In this document: positions 18,421 to 24,000 of the stretch, piece after piece | Numbering within the stretch: the first letter of the stretch is position 1 | Layout: every line of letters begins with the position of its first letter | Source: Clostridioides difficile | GTDB taxonomy: Bacteria > Bacillota > Clostridia > Peptostreptococcales > Peptostreptococcaceae | NCBI GenBank assembly: GCA_945861085.1 | Contig: OX244046.1 | Span: 3,840,680 to 3,864,679, forward strand | Direction of reading: 5' to 3' | Length of the DNA: 24,000 bases | Program-made: the position numbers and the translations under genes | The notes under the pieces: generated by a model | Seen by the model: only the letters and a program-made list of their open reading frames with translations | Databases searched by the model: none | What the model was told of the DNA's origin: nothing

Positions 18421-20322
18421 CTAACCTCCCAGGTAGATTTTTAACTTATACATAAACTCTTCATAGGATTGTGACTTATTTAGCATATCTACCATATCCT
18501 TATCAGCCATAATCTTACTTAGATATTTAGATATTTGCTTATGAAGCTCTAGATTTCCCTTTATTAATGAAATCATGAAAATAATCTTTGGTACTCTATT
18601 TTCATAACTAATATCAGTTTGTATCAAGGCTACTGATATAATATTTTTATTACCTGTCATTTCAATTGGATGAGGTATCGCCACACCATTTGTATAAATA
18701 GTACTCAAATAACTTTCTCTTTCCCACACATCTTTAGGATATGTTTGAGAACAAGCTCCTTCATCAACTATACATTGTGACATACTATCAAGGATATTCT
18801 TATATTTGATTTTTTCTTTTATACACCTAAAGTGATTCTTATCAAATAGACCTAATATATATTGTTTTGGGCTTGATATATTTCCTATATGGTCTGCAAA
18901 TCTAATACTTTCTTTAATATCCAAATAATCTAGTTCGTCTAAAATTTCATTTATAAGTATAACTGGAGCATTTATTTCAAATAAAAGATTTGTTATTGAA
19001 AAAATCAAGTCTGGTGCAAATTCTATTACAGCTTTTTCTTCTAATAATGAAAAATTTCTTATCTCAGCATTTGGAAATATCTCTTTAAGTCTTAAATTTA
19101 TCAAAAATGCACTGCCTCCGCCAGAAGAGCATATTATTGCTATCTTATATTTTTTATTAAAGTTAGCCTCTTCTCTCTTTTCGAAAGGAACAGCAATATG
19201 AGTAGCTATAAAACCTATTTCATCTTGACTTATTTTTATATGATACTCATTTTCTATGATTTTTGAAAATTGAATAGATAAATTAAAAACAGTTGGATAC
19301 TGTTGACTTATTTTAACTGAAAAAGGATTTATTATCTTGTGATTCTTCTTTATACGTTCTATTAAACATGCAATATGTAAATAAAATAAGTTAAGAAACT
19401 CTTTATCTTCTAAAAAGTTAGAGTTATACTTTTTATCTATATCTTTAAAAAATTCACACATAATATCTTGAAGTTTATTTTTATCTATATTCTTTATGGT
19501 GGCTTTCTTATCTTTAGTCCTTAATTTTATAAGCTGCTTTAAATAATACTTTTCATCATAAGTAAGGTTACATTTTTTATCTCTAAAAATTTTATCTAAT
19601 AATTCATCTATAATTAAATCTTCTGTATATGATTCTAAATCACTAACATTTCTTGCTACTCTCATGCTAACTCTTATATACAATATAATAATTTGTGCTA
19701 ATATTTCCTCAAGTTCTGTTAGGTTGACTTCTAAATCATGTTCATTAAGTACATTTTTTATTGTACTTCTGATATTATCTAATTTAAAATTATCTATAAA
19801 CTTATTTCTGTACTCTATTATATTTCTATTCCCTTTAAAATAACTCTCCACTAATCTGCTTTGAATTTCTTTTATAGACCCTTCTATTTTAATTCCATAA
19901 TGAGCCTTTCGTTCCAATTTTAATTCTGTATCTTTTATCTTTTTATCTACCTTTTTTAAATCATTTTTTATTTGAGATGAACTTACTAAAAATTTTTTAC
20001 TTAACTGTTCTATAGTTTTATAACCTTCATTTACTAAAAGTTCTACTATTATAGATTCTAACCGTTGTTCTGGATTTTCAACTAAATCTGAGGGTAAGTT
20101 TTTTAGGTAATGCTCGAATTTATCTTGGTCCTTAATATTTAGAATATATCCTAGTTTAGACTTATATTCTAATTTGAAACCATTACATTCTTTTATAGTT
20201 TCTATATTTTTTATTTCATTTCTGATAGTTCGAGTAGATACCCCCAACTTATCTGCAAAATAATCTATATTTAGATAACCACTACTATTTTTTAATGTTT
20301 CAAGAATAATGCGTTCTCTCAT
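18421..20322 (-). CDS. PRD-domain transcriptional activator of the LicR/MtlR/ManR class (HTH - Mga-like HTH - PRD - PRD - EIIB-like - EIIA-like)
   Basis: 633-aa ORF with an N-terminal winged HTH (LGVSTRTIRNEI), a second HTH region and two PRD-like helical segments with conserved His (YLHIACLIERI, GFIATHIAV). It also has an EIIB-like KIAIICSSGGGSAF (Cys) and a C-terminal EIIA-Mtl/Fru-like GVAIPHP (His). At this length it is an activator rather than a BglG-type antiterminator. Confidence 0.85.
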   Translation of the reverse strand: MRERIILETLKNSSGYLNIDYFADKLGVSTRTIRNEIKNIETIKECNGFKLEYKSKLGYILNIKDQDKFEHYLKNLPSDLVENPEQRLESIIVELLVNEGYKTIEQLSKKFLVSSSQIKNDLKKVDKKIKDTELKLERKAHYGIKIEGSIKEIQSRLVESYFKGNRNIIEYRNKFIDNFKLDNIRSTIKNVLNEHDLEVNLTELEEILAQIIILYIRVSMRVARNVSDLESYTEDLIIDELLDKIFRDKKCNLTYDEKYYLKQLIKLRTKDKKATIKNIDKNKLQDIMCEFFKDIDKKYNSNFLEDKEFLNLFYLHIACLIERIKKNHKIINPFSVKISQQYPTVFNLSIQFSKIIENEYHIKISQDEIGFIATHIAVPFEKREEANFNKKYKIAIICSSGGGSAFLINLRLKEIFPNAEIRNFSLLEEKAVIEFAPDLIFSITNLLFEINAPVILINEILDELDYLDIKESIRFADHIGNISSPKQYILGLFDKNHFRCIKEKIKYKNILDSMSQCIVDEGACSQTYPKDVWERESYLSTIYTNGVAIPHPIEMTGNKNIISVALIQTDISYENRVPKIIFMISLIKGNLELHKQISKYLSKIMADKDMVDMLNKSQSYEEFMYKLKIYLGG

Positions 20323-20611
20323 ATCCCCACCTCCCTCAGTGTTATTATCACGTTTTTCAAAGTAGTATTAAACAAAGCTATTTTCTTATCAAGTCAACAT
20401 TTTTGTTTTAATTTATCGAATTTTATATCCTAGTATATTTTAAAACCAAAATTTAATATACATATTTCATAATAATAAAATATATAGTTCAATTTTTATT
20501 ATATTTTAATTATATATGTAATACTTTACCAATAAAAGCTGATATTTTTCATCAATTAAATGAAAAAAATACACCATTATACCTATAATTGATATAAACT
20601 TTTCATATAAC

Positions 20612-20650
20612 AAATATCCTAAACTTATCTAAAATAAATTTAGGATATTT
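20612..20650 (-). terminator. intrinsic terminator after the aldolase gene (structurally bidirectional)
   Basis: AAATATCCTAAA-15 nt loop-TTTAGGATATTT: a perfect 12-bp stem starting 6 nt past the aldolase stop. T-rich tracts lie on both sides: TATTTTTT on the plus strand and TTTGTTATAT on the minus reading if the terminal A-T pairs open. Confidence 0.65.
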
Positions 20651-20656
20651 TATTTT

Positions 20657-21508
20657 TTATGCTTTATTTACAGACCCACAGACTTTAATCTTTTCTTTTA
20701 CAAAATCCTTTACTGATTGAAGACCTGATAATCCATATTTCTTAGGGTCTATAACTTCATAATCTTCATTTAAAACCTTTTTAACACCATTACTATATGC
20801 AATTCTTAATTCAGTTGCATAGTTAACTTTTGCTATACCTCTTCTTATAGCCTCTTTTATAATATCATCATGTATTCCTGAACCTCCATGCAATACTAAA
20901 GGTACTGAAACTACTTTTTTAATTTCTGATAGTCTGTCTAAATCTATTTTAGGGTCACCCTTATATAATCCATGTGCAGTACCTATAGCTATAGCTAATG
21001 AAGATACTCCTGTTCTATCGACAAACTCCTTTGCCTCTTTTGGATTTGTATAATCATTACTATCTCCACCATCTAAATCATCTTCTTTTCCGCCAACTTT
21101 TCCAAGTTCTGCTTCCACTGGTATAAAAGACGGGCTACATGCTTTTACTACTGACTCAGATAAAGATATATTATTTTCAAAACTTTTATGAGAACCGTCT
21201 ATCATTATTGATGTATAACCATTTCTTAAAGCTTTCATCGCAAGGTCAAAACTTGAGCCATGGTCCAGATGCATTGCTACAGGTATCTTTACTCTTTCCG
21301 CAGCAACCTTTGCATTTGCTAGATAATAATCAAGCCCTGCATACTTTACAGTAGACGGAGTAGTTTGTAATATTACTGGAGAATTTAACTCCGCAGCAGC
21401 TTCTATAACAGCAATTACCATCTCCATATTTTCTACATTAAATGCTCCTACTGCATATCCTTCATCTTGTGCTTTTTTAAGCATAGATGTTGTTGTTACT
21501 AATGCCAC
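20657..21508 (-). CDS. class II ketose-bisphosphate aldolase (tagatose-1,6-bisphosphate / fructose-bisphosphate aldolase, KbaY/GatY-like)
   Basis: Motifs GYAVGAFN, PV.LHLDHG, MIDGS, VEAELG..GG.ED and LVLHGGSG are typical of class II aldolases. I place the start at GTG 21508 (MALVTTTSMLKKAQ, G6 RBS 7 nt upstream), giving 283 aa like KbaY/GatY. The ORF-track TTG at 21523 would contain the RBS. Confidence 0.85.
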   Translation of the reverse strand: MALVTTTSMLKKAQDEGYAVGAFNVENMEMVIAVIEAAAELNSPVILQTTPSTVKYAGLDYYLANAKVAAERVKIPVAMHLDHGSSFDLAMKALRNGYTSIMIDGSHKSFENNISLSESVVKACSPSFIPVEAELGKVGGKEDDLDGGDSNDYTNPKEAKEFVDRTGVSSLAIAIGTAHGLYKGDPKIDLDRLSEIKKVVSVPLVLHGGSGIHDDIIKEAIRRGIAKVNYATELRIAYSNGVKKVLNEDYEVIDPKKYGLSGLQSVKDFVKEKIKVCGSVNKA

Positions 21509-21555
21509 ATTGATACCCCCCAAATTATTTAATTATAAGATTTTAATCATCACTT

Positions 21556-22719
21556 TTAATATTCATATATTGTTACACCTTTTACTACTCGATTTACTGT
21601 TCCTGTAGCTGACGGTGTATCTGGTCTATTTCCAACTTTTATCGATACAAATAGTGCTATAGTTTGTGCAAACAGTATGTATGGCATTGCAAGATACACA
21701 TCTGGTAATTTATTATATTTTTCTCCAAACTCAAACTTTATTCCTGAGAAGTTACTGTCATTTTTTACTGACACTGCACAAGTTAATTTAGCAATTTTAT
21801 CTCTTTTTATCTCCTCTAAAACATCTAAGTCATATTTTCTTGTATATGAACAGTTAGATACAAATTCAAACACAAATGTCTTTTCATCAATAAATGATTT
21901 TGGTCCATGTCTAAATCCCATAGGAGAATTATATACTGTAGCTATTTTCCCTGCTGTAAGTTCTAAAAGTTTTAGTTGTGCTTCTTCTGTCAAACCTCCT
22001 AATCCTCCTGAACCTAGATATACAACTCTATCAAAATCTTTATTTATTAACTCATGTATTTCATCTTCTCTATCTATAACAGTCCTTCCCATTTCAATTA
22101 TTGTATGTATATATGACTTCTCTACATCATCTTCTAAACTATCGAATATCAATATAGCAGATAACATCATACATGAAAAACTTCCTGTCATAGCAAAACC
22201 TCTATCATTTGATTTTGATGGCATTAATAACAAGTAATTATTTTCATCATTTTTAGTCATCTTAGCCAATTCTCCTTCTGGATTGCAAGTTATAGCTAAA
22301 TGATAAAAATTATCTACAATCTGCTTCCCTAAATTTAAAGCTGCCAAACTTTCAGGACTATTTCCACTTCTTGCAAAGGAAATTAATAACGTTGGTACAT
22401 CTTTTTTTAAGTAATCATATGGATTAGAAACTATATCCGTAGTAGGTATTGCTTCAAATATGTATTTTCTTATATCATTTTTATTTTTAAGATAAGGAAG
22501 TATTGAGTTGCCTACATAAGCTGAAGTTCCAGCACCTGTAAATATAACTCTAAACTGTCCATGATTATTACCTATTTTATCTATAAATTTACTTAGTTTT
22601 TCTTTGTTGGATTTATAGATTTCATAAGTTTCTAACCATAATTCAGGTTGTTGTTTTATTTCATTAGTTGTTATTATTGCACCTAAATCTTTTAATTTTT
22701 GTTCTTCTAATTTAAACAT
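21556..22719 (-). CDS. agaS: SIS-domain sugar-phosphate isomerase/deaminase, AgaS type (galactosamine-6-P deaminase/tagatose-6-P isomerase family)
   Basis: Two SIS domains: GAGTSAY.G and S.SGNSPES in the first, and GSGGL.G...E..LK..E in the second. The N-terminal T..EI.QQP..W matches AgaS. I place the start at ATG 22719 (MFKLEEQ, GGGGA RBS 6 nt upstream; 387 aa). The ORF-track start at 22806 has no RBS and runs across a palindromic operator-like site. Confidence 0.85.
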   Translation of the reverse strand: MFKLEEQKLKDLGAIITTNEIKQQPELWLETYEIYKSNKEKLSKFIDKIGNNHGQFRVIFTGAGTSAYVGNSILPYLKNKNDIRKYIFEAIPTTDIVSNPYDYLKKDVPTLLISFARSGNSPESLAALNLGKQIVDNFYHLAITCNPEGELAKMTKNDENNYLLLMPSKSNDRGFAMTGSFSCMMLSAILIFDSLEDDVEKSYIHTIIEMGRTVIDREDEIHELINKDFDRVVYLGSGGLGGLTEEAQLKLLELTAGKIATVYNSPMGFRHGPKSFIDEKTFVFEFVSNCSYTRKYDLDVLEEIKRDKIAKLTCAVSVKNDSNFSGIKFEFGEKYNKLPDVYLAMPYILFAQTIALFVSIKVGNRPDTPSATGTVNRVVKGVTIYEY

Positions 22720-22760
22720 TTTCATTCCCCTTTCATACTTGCAATATTTATTTTTGGTAA

Positions 22761-22776
22761 TGAGGTTATAACCACT
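22761..22776. promoter_or_regulatory. operator-like imperfect palindrome (site B) 42 nt upstream of agaS
   Basis: tgaGGTTATAACCACT contains the perfect 10-bp palindrome GGTTATAACC and matches site A at 12 of 16 positions, including the whole ACCACT half-site. Confidence 0.45.
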
Positions 22777-22914
22777 TTTAACTGTAAAAAAATATACTCT
22801 ATACATTTTGATTGCTCTGATAGGTTATTTTTAGTTTATCTTAAACAATTTAATAGAATAGTACTATAGACGTTTTGGCATCTTTATTTTATGATAAAAA
22901 TTTATTTAAACCAA

Positions 22915-22930
22915 AGTGGTAATTACCACT
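22915..22930. promoter_or_regulatory. operator-like perfect 16-bp palindrome (site A), GntR/HutC-type half-sites
   Basis: AGTGGTAATTACCACT is its own reverse complement. It lies in the agaS / oxidoreductase divergent intergenic region. The outer half-sites AGTGGT...ACCACT equal those of the dre-type operators of amino-sugar GntR/HutC regulators, as I recall them. Confidence 0.5.
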
Positions 22931-23084
22931 AATCCAAATATAAATTAATTTGAATTTTTTGTCAATACATAAAATATTTATATCAATCAATTTTATGGAT
23001 ATTCTTTAAAATTAATTGATAATTTTTCTTTATTTAACTACTTATTTATTTGCATAAACTTCACATTTATTTTTTGACACAAAG

Positions 23085-23113
23085 TTTACAAATTTATGTG
23101 TCTGAATTATAAT
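23085..23113 (+). promoter_or_regulatory. candidate sigma-A promoter of the oxidoreductase gene
   Basis: TTTACA (23085-23090), a 17-nt spacer, then TATAAT (23108-23113). It lies about 40 nt upstream of the ATG at 23151, which has its own AGGAGA RBS. Confidence 0.5.
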
Positions 23114-23150
23114 CAGTTCTGTAAACATAAAAAACCTAGGAGAAAGTATT

Positions 23151-24000
23151 ATGAAAAATATAAAAATAGGTATGATAGGTCTTGGCTCTATAGCTCAAAA
23201 GGCATATTTACCTGTATTAACAAAATCTGAAAGATTTGAATTTGTAGGAGCTTTTACTCCAAATAAAGCCAAAAGAGAAAAAATCTGTAGTGATTATAGA
23301 CTCACGCCATTTGATTCTATTGAGTCCTTAGCTAAAAAATGTGATTGTATTTTTCTACATAGCTCTACAGAAACACACTACGAAATTATAAAGATATTAT
23401 TGAATTTAGGTGTTCACGTATATGTAGACAAACCTCTTGCTTCAACAGTAGAGCAAGGAGAAGAGCTTATAGAGTTAAGTATGAAAAAAAACTTAAATTT
23501 AATGGTCGGATTTAACCGTAGATTCTGTCCTATGTACAAAGAAATTAAAAAGAATGCAACAGAAATTGTGTCTATCAATATATGTAAACATGGATTAAAT
23601 TCTCTAAGGAATGTTAGATTTGACAGTACACTTATAGATGACTATATACATGTTATTGATACTGCTTTATGGTTAGCAGATGACGATATCGAAATCAATG
23701 GAGAGGATTTATTTTTAACAAACAATAATAATCTAATATTTGTAAGTCATAAGTTTAAAAGTAAGGATTTCTCTATAAATACCTCTATGCATAGAGATTC
23801 GGGAACAAAATTAGAACAAGTTGAAATTCTTTCAAAAGGTAAGATTCAAAGAGTTAAAAATCTTAATGTACTGGAAACAGAGGAAGGTGGAAATCTAACT
23901 TCAAAACAAAGTGGTGCATGGGTAGATATATTAAAACAAAAAGGTTTTGAGGATATAGCAAATCATTTTATTGATTGTCTAGAAAATAATAGAAAACCAG
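23151..24000 (+). CDS. Gfo/Idh/MocA family NAD(P)-dependent oxidoreductase (YceM/MviM-like); 3' end cut by window edge
   Basis: Hand translation from ATG 23151 gives MKNIKIGMIGLGSIAQKAYLPVL...FLHSSTETHYEIIKILLNLGVHVYVDKPLA...LMVGFNRRFCPMY. It is open to base 24000 with no stop, so it is absent from the ORF track. The Rossmann GxGxxA motif, the DKPLA motif and GFNRRF are family hallmarks. Confidence 0.8.
   Translation, partial: MKNIKIGMIGLGSIAQKAYLPVLTKSERFEFVGAFTPNKAKREKICSDYRLTPFDSIESLAKKCDCIFLHSSTETHYEIIKILLNLGVHVYVDKPLASTVEQGEELIELSMKKNLNLMVGFNRRFCPMYKEIKKNATEIVSINICKHGLNSLRNVRFDSTLIDDYIHVIDTALWLADDDIEINGEDLFLTNNNNLIFVSHKFKSKDFSINTSMHRDSGTKLEQVEILSKGKIQRVKNLNVLETEEGGNLTSKQSGAWVDILKQKGFEDIANHFIDCLENNRKP

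Noticed and set aside
20345-20362. A cre-like sequence (TGAAAAACGTGATAA on the minus strand) near the regulator start.
   Set aside because: The CG centre is displaced by one base relative to the TGWAANCGNTNWCA consensus, and the right half does not match.
988-21354. The remaining plus-strand ORF-track entries nested in minus-strand genes: 988-1200, 1991-2194, 2261-2605, 3087-3278, 5707-5976, 7050-7394, 8197-8534, 8935-9213, 10713-11161, 15429-15674 and 21139-21354.
   Set aside because: All lie antisense to ORFs with clear family motifs. They have hydrophobic, low-complexity translations and lack Shine-Dalgarno sequences. I treat them as shadow ORFs.
21509-21523. The TTG start of the aldolase ORF in the track (MGGIN...).
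   Set aside because: The G6 tract inside these codons is better read as the RBS for GTG 21508. That start yields the canonical MALV..T..ML..A class II aldolase N-terminus.
21677-22237. A 186-aa plus-strand ORF lying entirely antisense inside agaS. This is unusually long for an AT-rich genome.
   Set aside because: It has no RBS and no recognisable domain. Its composition is Ser/Ile/Phe/Asn-rich and low in complexity, as expected from reading a real gene's codons in reverse complement. The opposite strand encodes a full-length, motif-bearing AgaS.
22720-22806. The ORF-track N-terminal extension of agaS (MYRVYFFTVKSGYNLITKNKYCKYERGMK).
   Set aside because: There is no RBS before 22806, whereas GGGGA precedes the ATG at 22719. 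The extension runs across the operator-like palindrome, and the shorter product matches AgaS length.
22874-22892. A TGGCAT element resembling the -24 box of a sigma-54 promoter.
   Set aside because: No TTGC(W) -12 element follows at the required spacing. No sigma-54 enhancer-binding activator (LevR-type AAA+) is encoded here.
23074-23126. Several short dyads around the oxidoreductase promoter: GACACA/TGTGTC, GTTTACA/TGTAAAC and CTGA/TCAG. There is also an upstream TTGACA.
   Set aside because: The arms are only 4-7 bp, have different symmetry centres and carry long spacers, which is expected by chance in AT-rich DNA. TTGACA lies 28 nt from the TATAAT box, so TTTACA at 17 nt is the better -35.
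1-24000. A search for CRISPR arrays, tRNA/rRNA genes, transposases, integrases, phage genes, toxin-antitoxin pairs or known defence-system genes.
   Set aside because: I saw no repeat-spacer periodicity, no cloverleaf-capable GC-rich segments and no ORF with nuclease, recombinase or ATPase-defence signatures. Apart from the mini-ORFs (63 aa and 39 aa), every sizeable ORF has a metabolic, transport or regulatory assignment.

Overview
This is a strongly AT-rich, Clostridia-type chromosomal window. Gene content and codon style resemble Clostridioides/Peptostreptococcaceae, but that cannot be verified without a search. It is almost fully coding and mostly on the minus strand.

- **1-11127, cobalamin biosynthesis.** Two co-directional blocks: cobT-cobU-cobS-cobC (nucleotide-loop assembly), then a cobalamin riboswitch with its attenuator terminator (7752-7975), then cobQ(cbiP)-cbiA-cbiB-cobD-pduX-cbiC-cbiD. 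cbiD runs off the left edge and was translated by hand.
- **11128-12993, small AT-rich islet.** It holds two convergent mini-ORFs (63 aa, and a hand-found 39 aa) that share a bidirectional terminator, plus a LacX-like aldose 1-epimerase.
- **12994-20322, seven-gene minus-strand operon.** It encodes a LicR/MtlR-class PRD activator, an M42 aminopeptidase, lactose/cellobiose-family PTS EIIA/EIIB/EIIC, an M24B Xaa-Pro peptidase and a MalY/PatB-type PLP C-S lyase. It has no glycoside hydrolase.
- **20657-22719, amino-sugar genes.** An AgaS-type SIS isomerase/deaminase and a class II tagatose/fructose-bisphosphate aldolase.
- **22720-24000, divergent control region and partial gene.** The region has two related GGT-N4-ACC palindromes (one a perfect 16-mer) and a good sigma-A promoter. 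These precede a partial YceM/MviM-like Gfo/Idh/MocA oxidoreductase, also hand-translated, which runs off the right edge.

I saw no rRNA, tRNA, CRISPR, transposase, integrase, phage or recognisable defence genes.

Most of the window is ordinary core metabolism. The most interesting element is the PTS operon, whose only catabolic enzymes are two peptidases and a beta-lyase. I propose, as inference only, that it is an uncharacterised uptake and degradation system for glyco-amino acids or glycopeptides, possibly linked to the adjacent agaS-aldolase pair.
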